Virus record (IMG/VR): IMGVR_UViG_3300030095_000993
Location: 1-43,278 of that record
Reading direction: 5' to 3' (one strand)
From: a virus
Lineage: Duplodnaviria; Caudoviricetes
Length of the DNA stretch: 43,278 nucleotides
In this document: one piece after another, positions 18,284 through 27,774 of the stretch
How positions within the stretch are numbered: the first letter of the stretch is position 1
Layout of the letters: each line of letters opens with the position of its first letter
Made by a program: the position numbers and the translations under genes
Notes under the pieces: model-generated
Told to the model about the DNA's origin: nothing
Database searches by the model: none
What the model saw: the letters and a program-made list of their open reading frames with translations, nothing else

Positions 18284-18871
18284 TTATAGTCTTCCTTGCA
18301 TAAAATCACTTCTCCAAGCTAAGTTTGGAATAGGGGCAGGAACAATCTCAGCAAAAGGTGCTTCTGCTAGTAATGGGTTAAATTGAGCTGCAGGGTCAGT
18401 TGGAGTATACGCTGATGCTATTTTACCTACACCAGATAATATTCCTGACAACATAGTAGCTCTTGCTTTTTGTTTAGACAAGTAAACAGCGTTTTCCCCT
18501 TGGTATAAAGTCATTTCTTTTCCAGCTCTAGCGTGTTGAGCCTCAATCATTTTGTTTCTACGGAAGTTGTTTACATCTAATGACATCTCTTCAATTTGTT
18601 CTAACATTACTTCCAGTGGGGTATCTTCTGAAATTACTACGTTAGCTTTAGAAAAACCTGCTCTTTGTGTAGCCGCCATTCTTCGTTGACTTCTACGCAT
18701 TCGGTCTGTTTCAGCTCTTGACGCATACTCAATCGCTAATGCTTTGTTTTCCATTAACTTAGCGTTGTATTCTGCCTCCCGTTTCGATGCTTGACCCTGC
18801 GCTCTAGCTGCTCTAGCTTGAACGCCTGCACTAGCTATTCCTGTTATTGCTCCTACTATTGCCCCAAACAT
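18284..18871 (-). CDS. Internal virion protein (gp14 position)
   Basis: G/A-rich hydrophobic N-terminus and an A/Q/R-rich helix; follows tail tubular B. Confidence 0.7.
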   Translation of the reverse strand: MFGAIVGAITGIASAGVQARAARAQGQASKREAEYNAKLMENKALAIEYASRAETDRMRRSQRRMAATQRAGFSKANVVISEDTPLEVMLEQIEEMSLDVNNFRRNKMIEAQHARAGKEMTLYQGENAVYLSKQKARATMLSGILSGVGKIASAYTPTDPAAQFNPLLAEAPFAEIVPAPIPNLAWRSDFMQGRL

Positions 18872-21800
18872 TATCTTATACTCCCGGTGTCAACGTGTGG
18901 TGTCATAGAAAGAACAGTACACGGTTGTGGTTCATCGCTTACAACATATACAGTTTGTAAATACTCTGGTGCGTTAGACATATATGCTTCTGCTGTCTCG
19001 GAAACCATTTCTTCATTTTCTGGTTTTTTAAATTTAACTATTTGTAAATCAGAAGATAATTCGGTTTGCCCTACTTTTGCGGTAACTGTATCTTTAAAGC
19101 GTAACGTAGCTTTTGAAGCGTTTAGTTTAGAGCCACCTGTGCTTCCATTTCTACTTTGATAATTGAGGTACAATGGAGCAAGTGTTCCTGTATATAACTT
19201 GCCAATAACTAATCTAGCAAATGGCCCCAGTCTATCATTATTAACTTCTGTGTCTTCATTTATAACTGAATCATTTCTAATTGCGCTAAGAATATAAGCG
19301 GTAACTTTACTGCTGCCAGACGTAGTGTACGATTGATTGCTACCAGTTAAATCGGTTGTAATGGTGTCAGCATCTGTAATGCTTCCATCTTCTAAAAGAT
19401 ATTTTCCGTTAGGATCAGTAGAGCCTGTACTTAATCCAGACACATTAATTGTGTCACCAACAGCTAAACCATGAGGTTCACTAAAATTAAGAACTAAATG
19501 ACTAGCTTCTAATGACGCACTACTAATAACAAGTTCAGTCGCAGTGCCGATGTTTAAATCACCATCTGAATCTACTACACCAGATAAAGTAGTATTCCCA
19601 TTTGCAACAATTGTGTATGTTTCACCTATTCCGTAATTGTATCCAGATATAGTTCCTGTTGATACATTTGTAGCTACTTTATAATAATCTAATCCGTTGT
19701 ACTTAGTAGTATAGTTTGTTCCCCACTCTCTGTCATCGAGTTTGCAAATGTAACGAACCTCTACTCTATCATTATTAACTTCTGTGTCTTCATTTATAAC
19801 TAAATCATTTCTAATTCTGCTAACTGTTACTTTAATTGATACATAAACAGAGTCTGCGCTACTAGCATTTGGCAGCACCATAACACTTTCAAACGCACCA
19901 GTACACTTATGTCTATGCCAACCAATTACTTTTTGGTCACGCTCATATGTCATCCCCACGAGTTCGTCATTACTGTTGATAGTCCACACAATATTATCTG
20001 GTTGCTGCTGTAATGCTATAGTTTTAAACCCTGTTCCTGAAATATGCTCTGCGACAAGTGTTAAATCTGGTGCTACATAGTCTTGCGAGTTATCGTTAAA
20101 TATCCATTCCCGCAATTTTTTTCCCTGCCTCATAAAAAATAATACAGCAGAGTTTACGAGTAATCCTGCTATAGAGCTAGAACCGTATGTTGTTCTTCGC
20201 TTTAAATCAAACGATGTTGGCGTTACAGGTTTATTGTCAGATTCTGAACCTAAAGACCACTCGCTTCCTGATGTTCCAATAATCAACTGGCGGTGAGGCA
20301 CAAGCCATTGTATGCCATCAATAGTCCCAGAGTTAATTGTAAACCGAATGGGGTCTGTGTCTAAGGAACCTGGGTCAAAAGCAAAGAAATTATCTATTTC
20401 GCTCAACCATACTGTATTAGGTTGATTTGTAGTTCCTGCAAATACCAACCTGCCTTCAAAAAATGCTAATGAGTTAGGGTATCCTCTATAATCAGAAAAT
20501 GCTCCTTCTGCCCAATGCTCCATTTCTGGGTTAACTTCATACCACATACCCAAAGCAACTTGTTGTGCTAAAGTTGTACCAGGGTTATTACCTGTTGTTA
20601 ATATATTTTCGTAATATGTGGCCTTAGTAGAAAAATTATATTTTTTAATATTTCCTGCTGTATCAGCAACCCAATATAAATCTCCATCGTTAATTGAATC
20701 ATCATAAAATGACGCAGTAGGAGTTGTTGATGGAAACTCTGTGGTTAAAGAAAATGTTCCTGCTCCTACAAAGTCATCTGTTTTAAAATCAATTGCTTTA
20801 GTGTATTCATTTACAAAATAAACTCTATTTACAGAAGGGTCATCAATACCAACTGCATCTGTAAAATTATCAATATTATTTAGTGTTACTTTAGCAGTAT
20901 CAGTATTCGGAGAGTATGTTTCATCCCCGCCAGTTTTTGCGTATTTAATTGTAGTTCCAGTAACTTCTGTTACAGTATATGTTCCATCTGGATTAGTAGT
21001 TGTTGAACCATCACCTAAGCTCACAGTTATTGAATCGCCTACATTAAAAAATCTTGCTGTATTTCTATAGTTAGTATCACTATTCCAATATAACCCAGAA
21101 CCTAAATCTAATGTAATTTCACCATCATATAATGAAGCACTATCAACATAAAAAACAATATCTTTAGTTCCAACTGATACATTATTAGCTTTGCTTTCAC
21201 GGCTTAAAACAGTTTTATAATCGTAAGCGTAATTAGTTTCTTCAAGAGAACCAGCACTACTTAATCTAACCGTTTTAATTTGTTTTAAATGATAAGACGG
21301 GTCAGGCCCGTGAGGCGTTGTGCCGAACCTGCCATAAATTTTATATGAACAATAAAACTTACCGTCTTTAATTCCTATAGATTGAGGGACATGAGTAAGA
21401 GTGTTCATGGTCGCACTTGCCATAGGCGAAAAAGAAATCCCACTTTCTTGTATCGTTTTAAATAATGAAGCATTTGAACCATCTAAATTATACTTGTATA
21501 TTCTTAACTCTGGAGCTGCCGATAAACCACCCGCCCCTGAAATTGTTCTTTCTGAACCATACCCACCAAATACATACAAGTGATTTGAATAATAACCTAT
21601 GTCAATACCATCTTTAACTGATGTGTAAGTAGCAAACCCAGAAGCAGTCCATTGGTCGTATGGTGTAAAGTTGTCAGAACCATCTTTAGTAAAAACATGA
21701 ACTTTGAGCGCATTATCAATAGCAAAGTATTTTCCATCGCCCCATGTGCCACCACGAGTATTATCTAAGCCAGAGCAATCAGTAACCGAGGCAACATCAA

Positions 21801-23190
21801 ATGTTAAGTTAGCCGCACCGCCACCACCTAGAGCAGCGTCAGTAATAGTAAATGTATCGTTTACAGCGTAGCTTTTACCAGATGGAGCTATAACCGATAT
21901 GGTTGTGCCACCCCCGGAAGCTACTACTACTCTTATTCTAGCACCAGAACCAGAACCTGCGTTACTTATTCCATTTGTAGTTCCATCTACGAAATCATAA
22001 GTGCCAGCTGTTCTACTTGAATCATTACCGCTACTCTGGTCTACAGTTGCTAATACACCAATAATTCCGGACAAATCACGGCTTATACTTCCGTACTCTA
22101 AACCCGATGAAGATTTTACTTTATTGCCAGGGGTATACTCTTGATTAAAAGTCCAGTTGCTACTAAAGTCTCCTATAGAATGTTGAAAATTACTTATAAT
22201 ATTAGCTGTTACTTGTGTCGCACTAGTGTACGCAGTAATTTTAACTAAAGATGTTATATATGGATCTGTAGGAGTTAGATAATATTGAAATGAATTAGAA
22301 CTAGCTGAACCTTTTTCGTATTGAACACGAAGAAAAGTGTTTGAGCCTTCTTTACTAGGAGAACTAACCGAAAAGTTTTTAAGTTCAGTTGCTGTGGTTA
22401 TTGAGCTAGTGTCTGCTACAGTAATATATTCTTGAAAAGAAACGCCACCATCGAGGCTTCTATCAATGGTAACACGACCGCTCCAAGTAGAACCAGTTTC
22501 AAAATCCCAATTTGAGTTAGAAACATTTATTGAGTCTGAAACATGACTAGTAGTAACTTTTTTTTCTAAGTTTAAATTACTATTAGTTCTAGCTACTCTA
22601 AATTGAAAATAACCCCCGACGTGTTCTGGTTGGAATAAATTAATATTAGATGTAAGAATCGTTTCGCCTGTGGAAGCTGTTGTTGTAATAAAATGTGTTA
22701 CATCAGCATTCTCTTCCATCATGGGCGGAAAAGTCCACTCTAACTCACTAACAGACCAATTAGTATCGCTTAATCTTTTAATCTGCTGTGGAGGGTGGCT
22801 TTGATCTGTTATAAACAAAATATCAGCAGATTGTGCAAATTTTAAATCATTTAAATCATTAATTGTGTATGGCGTATCAAGTATGATTTGTGATTGTTGT
22901 GCTGTAACATGTGGAGAGTCATTTTTCCATACACGGACATACAGGTTACCAAACTCTAATAGGTAGTTTTCGCTAACACTAAATGTGAACGGTATAAGCC
23001 TAACTTTACCGCTATGAGAGTTTCCAAGATATTTAGTAGCAGGTCGTTTAGATGCTCCACCATAAGGAAGTGGAATAAAGTTTTCCATTTTTAAGCAGCT
23101 CTTGTTGTAAATACCATCTACATCTTCACGAGCATATAAGTATGGAGAAACCTCGCCACCATTAAAGTTATTTATTGTTAACTTTGCCAT
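18871..23190 (-). CDS. Tail tubular protein B (nozzle), enlarged by insertions
   Basis: Starts NNFNGGEVSP; contains GGASKRP, RLIPFTFS, LEFGNLYVRV, GYPNSLAFFEGRLVFAG, IIGTSGSEW and GWHRH, all typical of podovirus gp12-like proteins. Confidence 0.88.
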   Translation of the reverse strand: MAKLTINNFNGGEVSPYLYAREDVDGIYNKSCLKMENFIPLPYGGASKRPATKYLGNSHSGKVRLIPFTFSVSENYLLEFGNLYVRVWKNDSPHVTAQQSQIILDTPYTINDLNDLKFAQSADILFITDQSHPPQQIKRLSDTNWSVSELEWTFPPMMEENADVTHFITTTASTGETILTSNINLFQPEHVGGYFQFRVARTNSNLNLEKKVTTSHVSDSINVSNSNWDFETGSTWSGRVTIDRSLDGGVSFQEYITVADTSSITTATELKNFSVSSPSKEGSNTFLRVQYEKGSASSNSFQYYLTPTDPYITSLVKITAYTSATQVTANIISNFQHSIGDFSSNWTFNQEYTPGNKVKSSSGLEYGSISRDLSGIIGVLATVDQSSGNDSSRTAGTYDFVDGTTNGISNAGSGSGARIRVVVASGGGTTISVIAPSGKSYAVNDTFTITDAALGGGGAANLTFDVASVTDCSGLDNTRGGTWGDGKYFAIDNALKVHVFTKDGSDNFTPYDQWTASGFATYTSVKDGIDIGYYSNHLYVFGGYGSERTISGAGGLSAAPELRIYKYNLDGSNASLFKTIQESGISFSPMASATMNTLTHVPQSIGIKDGKFYCSYKIYGRFGTTPHGPDPSYHLKQIKTVRLSSAGSLEETNYAYDYKTVLSRESKANNVSVGTKDIVFYVDSASLYDGEITLDLGSGLYWNSDTNYRNTARFFNVGDSITVSLGDGSTTTNPDGTYTVTEVTGTTIKYAKTGGDETYSPNTDTAKVTLNNIDNFTDAVGIDDPSVNRVYFVNEYTKAIDFKTDDFVGAGTFSLTTEFPSTTPTASFYDDSINDGDLYWVADTAGNIKKYNFSTKATYYENILTTGNNPGTTLAQQVALGMWYEVNPEMEHWAEGAFSDYRGYPNSLAFFEGRLVFAGTTNQPNTVWLSEIDNFFAFDPGSLDTDPIRFTINSGTIDGIQWLVPHRQLIIGTSGSEWSLGSESDNKPVTPTSFDLKRRTTYGSSSIAGLLVNSAVLFFMRQGKKLREWIFNDNSQDYVAPDLTLVAEHISGTGFKTIALQQQPDNIVWTINSNDELVGMTYERDQKVIGWHRHKCTGAFESVMVLPNASSADSVYVSIKVTVSRIRNDLVINEDTEVNNDRVEVRYICKLDDREWGTNYTTKYNGLDYYKVATNVSTGTISGYNYGIGETYTIVANGNTTLSGVVDSDGDLNIGTATELVISSASLEASHLVLNFSEPHGLAVGDTINVSGLSTGSTDPNGKYLLEDGSITDADTITTDLTGSNQSYTTSGSSKVTAYILSAIRNDSVINEDTEVNNDRLGPFARLVIGKLYTGTLAPLYLNYQSRNGSTGGSKLNASKATLRFKDTVTAKVGQTELSSDLQIVKFKKPENEEMVSETAEAYMSNAPEYLQTVYVVSDEPQPCTVLSMTPHVDTGSIR
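19231..19816. repeat. 52-bp direct repeat pair (19231-19282 and 19765-19816)
   Basis: One mismatch; both copies encode IRND[L/S]VINEDTEVNNDR; offset 534 bp, in frame. Confidence 0.9.
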
Positions 23191-24131
23191 TATTCAAACG
23201 AGCCATATGAGGTTTGAGAAAAAGGAGGCCATGAGTTTGATAATGAACTTGGCGATATTACCGTAGCCTCTAGCCACTCACTATCAAGCGTAGGAGGGTC
23301 TTGTCTCTCAAATCCATTAACTCGTCTTGCTTCCGGGAGTACAACACTATTTATTTCTTCTAATAAACTAACTTCAAGGTCACGATCTCCTGTAATTGGA
23401 ACGGATAATTTCATCGCTAACATTGTGTAAAATGTTTTTGCAAACAAAGAATCCATATCAGCAGGCTCAGGGATTGCATCATAACATAAGAACAGTTTAG
23501 ATTCGTTTGTTAAAATTGAGTTTCCTTCACGATGCCAATCAACTCTTGGTTTAATATAATTATATACAGCAGAACTATCTGTAACGTAAAAAGAGCGTTC
23601 AGCATCTGCAGGTATTCTGTATGAGTAGTCGTATTCAAATTTTGGTTTTACTATAACCAGAGTGTAAACTCCTGCATATTGTGTCCACGGGTTGTGACCA
23701 GTATATGTAGCACCATCACCATAAGCGTTAGCAACATTATTGTTTCCGTTAGCTCCATACGTAATAGACCACTTGCCCGCAGTGTCATTAAATGCTAAAT
23801 TAATATAACCATTTTCACCACTTATGCCTGTAGTGTATACAGGTCTTCCATTAGAATCTGTAGATGTAGCAGTCAAGTTCCCACTAAATCCACCGTTTGT
23901 TAATGTTGTAGCACTAGGAGTTAAGTTGATTTCAAACGCACCAACTTGAGTTCGTTTTTTACAACAGTTCCAAGAGTGCATTCGTGCAAGCTCTTCAAGG
24001 GTTTGGTCGTAATGCAACCTGGCCTGTGTGCCTGCTAATGTTGCATCTGTGTCAAAGTTGGTAATTTGAAGACGGTCGCTACCAATTTTAGAAAGTGCTA
24101 GGTTTGTAAGTACGACTTTTGATAGAGCCAT
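23190..24131 (-). CDS. Tail tubular protein A (adaptor)
   Basis: N-terminus NLALSKIG...YDQTLEEL..HSWN, plus FEYDYSYRIPAD and MDSLF; synteny. Confidence 0.85.
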   Translation of the reverse strand: MALSKVVLTNLALSKIGSDRLQITNFDTDATLAGTQARLHYDQTLEELARMHSWNCCKKRTQVGAFEINLTPSATTLTNGGFSGNLTATSTDSNGRPVYTTGISGENGYINLAFNDTAGKWSITYGANGNNNVANAYGDGATYTGHNPWTQYAGVYTLVIVKPKFEYDYSYRIPADAERSFYVTDSSAVYNYIKPRVDWHREGNSILTNESKLFLCYDAIPEPADMDSLFAKTFYTMLAMKLSVPITGDRDLEVSLLEEINSVVLPEARRVNGFERQDPPTLDSEWLEATVISPSSLSNSWPPFSQTSYGSFE

Positions 24132-24145
24132 GTTATCTCCAAATT

Positions 24146-24175
24146 AAAAAAGGGTAAGGGGAGGTTGCCCTCCCC
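24146..24175 (-). terminator. Intrinsic terminator after the capsid genes
   Basis: GGGGAGG-GCAA-CCTCCCC hairpin followed by ttaccc and a T6 run. Confidence 0.7.
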
Positions 24176-24181
24176 AATGTG

Positions 24182-24532
24182 TTACTCGTTTGTTGCAATT
24201 AACAAGAAACCGCTAATAGCACCTGTCGAATCAGGATTAACAGTAATAACTTTACCACCAACATCTGCGTTGTTAATAGTAAGTGTATTATCTACCTGAT
24301 TAGCTTGAATGCTAGTAGAGCCATCTGCAGTCGTTCCAATATCAGAAGCACCTGCGCCATTAATCATAGATGCGATTAATTTAGCTTCTTGCGGAAGAAC
24401 GCCTGTAGCTTCATAAGAAGTACCTGCTGTTCCTGTAGCTTCTGTTACAGTAATAACTTGAACATTGCCACGATAATTAGACTTAGTAACTAAACCTGCG
24501 TCTAACGCTGTAATTTCGCTTGTTTTAGCCAT
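24182..24532 (-). CDS. Capsid-associated (cement/decoration-like) protein
   Basis: Small beta-rich protein between the major capsid gene and the terminator; AAGGAG RBS. Confidence 0.6.
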   Translation of the reverse strand: MAKTSEITALDAGLVTKSNYRGNVQVITVTEATGTAGTSYEATGVLPQEAKLIASMINGAGASDIGTTADGSTSIQANQVDNTLTINNADVGGKVITVNPDSTGAISGFLLIATNE

Positions 24533-24550
24533 TTTATATACTCCTTATGA

Positions 24551-25543
24551 TTAAGATTCTAGACAAGGAATGACAACAACTTTTTCTTCTTCCATGCGGA
24601 CAGCACCGAACTCTGCCTTCATGTAAGCGTAGTAGTTGAACGATTTATCAGCCCGTTCACTAATCTTAGAGGTTAGATCAGGGTTGATTTCCAACAATGC
24701 TGCATCAGGCATAAACGCATACGCAGTACGAGTATTTGTAGTGTTTGTGTTACTCCAAGTACCAGTAGTTGTGTTAATGTCGCTGTCATCAATATTGAAG
24801 TCAGCTTGAGTATACGCAGTATGCTTGTCCTCATCGAAGTAAGGAAGGATGTTGCTAATGCAGAACTTCGCACCCATGTAGTCGTAGATAGTTCCTACAG
24901 ACTGATCAACTGGACGTTGAGAAGTGTAGTCGAAGTTGATGAAGTTATCATCACGCATCATGTCTTTCCATTGCTTCCAAGAAACCTTGAAGATAGGAGC
25001 TTGTGAGTCAATGTCTACATTGTTGCTTCCGAATTTTTCTAAAGAAGCCAAAAACTTCTTATAAGAAAAACCTTCGGCAGTTCCTGTAGTAGTAGCGTCA
25101 ACGTCAACAAAGTTAGCGTCAGGCAAAGTTGTTCCTGTGTTGCCTTCAACTCCACCTTGAGCAGAACCCAAAAGAGCCTGGTCGAGGATGATGTCTTCCT
25201 GACGAAGAAACTTGTTCTTCATAACTTGAAGTTTAGCATTGCGAGGATCAACACCCATCTTAGAAACATCAGCCCAGTCCATGAACTGTCCATCTTGGTA
25301 TGAAACCCGAGATGTCCGTCTACGACTGTAATCAATGTCTGATACAGGTGAGTCACCGAAACGATTGGTTACCTTCTGAGGAAGACCACCACCAGTAGTA
25401 CGTTGATAAACGCCTTCTTTACGAAACAAGTCGCCTGTTGCGAGTTGAACGTAAGGACGAAGTTTACCGCCTTTGACTTCAACCGTCTCACGAATAGCCC
25501 GGTCAAAACCAATTACATAAGTATTAAGCAGATTTCCCGCCAT
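24551..25543 (-). CDS. Major capsid protein
   Basis: 330 aa after the scaffold; SKLR-like start (GGKLRPYV), NRFGDSP, and C-terminal ISERADKSF..FGAVRMEEEKVV. Confidence 0.88.
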   Translation of the reverse strand: MAGNLLNTYVIGFDRAIRETVEVKGGKLRPYVQLATGDLFRKEGVYQRTTGGGLPQKVTNRFGDSPVSDIDYSRRRTSRVSYQDGQFMDWADVSKMGVDPRNAKLQVMKNKFLRQEDIILDQALLGSAQGGVEGNTGTTLPDANFVDVDATTTGTAEGFSYKKFLASLEKFGSNNVDIDSQAPIFKVSWKQWKDMMRDDNFINFDYTSQRPVDQSVGTIYDYMGAKFCISNILPYFDEDKHTAYTQADFNIDDSDINTTTGTWSNTNTTNTRTAYAFMPDAALLEINPDLTSKISERADKSFNYYAYMKAEFGAVRMEEEKVVVIPCLES

Positions 25544-25589
25544 AATAATTCTCCGTTATGTTATTAATTAATTAGTTTTAGTCGGCCAT

Positions 25590-25668
25590 GAGTGTCCACA
25601 CCATGTGGGTCTAGCCTAATATTAGGTTCTCACCTTTGATTCTTCTTCAGGCTCTTGCGAGGTATCCG
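25590..25668 (-). promoter_or_regulatory. Structured leader of the capsid mRNA (putative)
   Basis: Two hairpins share a GG-AYAC/C internal loop and flank a CCTAATATTAGG palindrome. Confidence 0.45.
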
Positions 25669-25684
25669 TTTCAAATCTACACGC

Positions 25685-25713
25685 CTTATATAAAAAAGTT
25701 ACAATCTTGTCAA
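25685..25713 (-). promoter_or_regulatory. Sigma70-like promoter for the capsid gene
   Basis: Intergenic TTGACA-N17-TATAAG. Confidence 0.55.
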
Positions 25714-25720
25714 GTTAATA

Positions 25721-26560
25721 TTAATAATTACTATTCTGCAACTCAGCCTTCTTGCTAAGTAAATCTCCATACTGTTTTGTTAACTGTTGATAAGTTAAAT
25801 CATTAGTATTCTCGTGAGAGTACATTTTACTTTCTAACTCTATAAGCTGATCTTCAATTGTATGTGCATTGTCTAAATTTCGTTGCTCAATAATTTTGTC
25901 GTTATCAAGAAGAGGAACTACTTTTTCAAACCATGCTTTTACAAACTCAGGATTGTTAGCAATAATTGGGTCTTCTTTAAAATCACCCATGCCTAAATAA
26001 TCTAATGAATTAGCAACTTTAGCTAAGTTGTATTCGTACTGGTCGCCTTTCCATTCGCCACGAAGTTCAGATTCAGCCTCTTGCAAAGACTGTTCGTATG
26101 CACGATCATCATCGCCTATCGATTGACCAACTTTTTCTAGCTCCCAGTTTACTAGAGCTTGTGCCGCTTCTTTAGATAAACCATTCTCATAAGCAAATTG
26201 CTTAAAATCGTTTATTCTATTTTCATCGACTTCTATGCCTTCTGGAGCTTCGTATGCTATTTCATAATCATCAACAGATGACCCAATCCCCATGAGTTCA
26301 TTACGTTTTGAAACATCGTTGGCATCTTCAGATGTCCAGAACTCTTCTGCCTTTCGACCTGCTAAACTTTGTGCGTTAATAGCACCTTTTACTAGGTCAA
26401 CAGGATTGTCATATTTTGACCAGATAGAATGGTTTCCCAGTTCTTCTGGCAAGGACTCACGCCATGATTCATTAAACTTGCCTTCACTTGTGAGTATTTC
26501 TACAGGCTGTGTTGCAGTTTCCTCAACTGAGGGTGCTTCTACAGGTGTCTGTTCTTCCAT
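25721..26560 (-). CDS. Capsid scaffolding protein
   Basis: Acidic and helical, with WRESLPEEL, GLSKEAAQAL and LRGEWKG motifs; upstream of the capsid gene. Confidence 0.85.
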   Translation of the reverse strand: MEEQTPVEAPSVEETATQPVEILTSEGKFNESWRESLPEELGNHSIWSKYDNPVDLVKGAINAQSLAGRKAEEFWTSEDANDVSKRNELMGIGSSVDDYEIAYEAPEGIEVDENRINDFKQFAYENGLSKEAAQALVNWELEKVGQSIGDDDRAYEQSLQEAESELRGEWKGDQYEYNLAKVANSLDYLGMGDFKEDPIIANNPEFVKAWFEKVVPLLDNDKIIEQRNLDNAHTIEDQLIELESKMYSHENTNDLTYQQLTKQYGDLLSKKAELQNSNY

Positions 26561-26574
26561 TATTTTTCCTTCTG

Positions 26575-26724
26575 TTAGTATTTCTTTTTAGCCGTTTTGG
26601 CGGATTTCTTAAAATTTAATAAAGTAGGTGCGCCTTTCGTTCCGGGTTTACGCATCTTCTCACCTGATCCTGCTTTTATACGCTTACGTTTAGCGTGTAT
26701 ATTTGCATACAATCCTTTTTTCAT
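26575..26724 (-). CDS. Small basic protein, 49 aa (not in ORF track)
   Basis: MKKGLYANIHAKRKRIKAGSGEKMRKPGTKGAPTLLNFKKSAKTAKKKY fills the gap between two genes. Confidence 0.75.
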   Translation of the reverse strand: MKKGLYANIHAKRKRIKAGSGEKMRKPGTKGAPTLLNFKKSAKTAKKKY

Positions 26725-26725
26725 A

Positions 26726-27013
26726 CTAACATCTCCATCTTCGCCTTGCGGCTTTACCTCTTTTGCCAGTCCAACTTTTAGACCTAGCGCAAAATGATTT
26801 ACGTCTTTTAGCTGCTTTGCTACCAGGCTTTACTTTACCAGTAACAGCAGTTTTAAGTTTACTGCCTGGGTTAGCTCTACGATGAGCTGCAACCCCCTTA
26901 GCTGTCATACCCGCACCTTCTTTAGTAGACCGATAGTTACGGCCCTTACCTTTAGTTGTTTTAGGTATGGCTTTTTCTTTTTTTCTAGAAAGTAAAGTTC
27001 GCCTCTGGCTCAT
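26726..27013 (-). CDS. Highly basic protein (DUF6321-like)
   Basis: K/R-rich, with GMTAKG..NPGSKLK..RRKSFCARS..RRRWRC. Confidence 0.75.
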   Translation of the reverse strand: MSQRRTLLSRKKEKAIPKTTKGKGRNYRSTKEGAGMTAKGVAAHRRANPGSKLKTAVTGKVKPGSKAAKRRKSFCARSKSWTGKRGKAARRRWRC

Positions 27014-27575
27014 CTATACCTCCATATTCTTGCTGATAACTTACTTCTTCTAAATCCCACTCATCATTATCATTCATTAAACGCTCGTAATTATCTTCTG
27101 CTCGATAGCCTACTTGCCCAAAATACTTACTTTCGGTGAAGTCAGACTTTTCAGCATTTACAAACTTTAACTCACCTGCCGCTTTACGCATATAAATTTT
27201 CTTTAAAACAGGGTTTGTTTGCTCAGACGCTTTCTTTATATTTTTAATTAGGTTGGGAAACTTTGCAGTCCAGTTAACTCCCATATTAAATGTTAAATCA
27301 ATTAAGGCCGCTCTTTGTTGGGCTGTTAACGTATCAAACCCTTTAATTTCTTTAGCCCTTGCGTAATGTAATTTGAAATCTTTTTCAAAAAGTCCTTCAA
27401 GGTAGCTTTCATTTACACGATCTCCTTCTTTATATTTAGTTTTTTCTTGATCAGTTAGCCTGTGACCAGTACCCATGGTTAGGTATCCACGGCTATCTTT
27501 ATAAACATAGTTCCGATAACCTTCATGTTTCCGAACCATTGCTTTTACTTTTCTTATAAACTGTTCTTCATTCAT
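26985..27575 (-). CDS. Phage lysozyme (GH24, T4-type)
   Basis: HEGYRNYVYKDSRGYLTMGTGH matches the E-x8-D-x5-T triad; ALIDLTFNMG. Likely start MNEEQ at 27575. Confidence 0.85.
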   Translation of the reverse strand: MNEEQFIRKVKAMVRKHEGYRNYVYKDSRGYLTMGTGHRLTDQEKTKYKEGDRVNESYLEGLFEKDFKLHYARAKEIKGFDTLTAQQRAALIDLTFNMGVNWTAKFPNLIKNIKKASEQTNPVLKKIYMRKAAGELKFVNAEKSDFTESKYFGQVGYRAEDNYERLMNDNDEWDLEEVSYQQEYGGIDEPEANFTF

Positions 27576-27774
27576 CGTCTGATATAATCGCCTCGACATA
27601 TCTATACAAGTCTTGCATTCCGTTACGATAGGCGCAGTCAGCATGAGTAAGATCAGACCCCGCTTGAGCATCGATGTTGCAAAAATCTCTAAGATCATCT
27701 AATACCTCAGAACCTTCTGGCGTTTTAAACACACGTTTGTATGCTGATATTAAGTTAGATAGTTCGTGTGACAT
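27568..27774 (-). CDS. Portal-adjacent protein (Bbp19-like)
   Basis: YKRVFKTPEGSEVLDDL..AYRNG pattern, immediately after the portal. Confidence 0.75.
   Translation of the reverse strand: MSHELSNLISAYKRVFKTPEGSEVLDDLRDFCNIDAQAGSDLTHADCAYRNGMQDLYRYVEAIISDDE

Noticed and set aside
19231-19816. Repeat pair as DGR template/variable repeats
   Set aside because: Only one mismatch, both copies in the same gene, and no reverse transcriptase in the window.
27576-27698. N-terminal extension of the lysozyme as a signal or SAR sequence
   Set aside because: It overlaps the Bbp19-like gene; the start at 27575 is more plausible.
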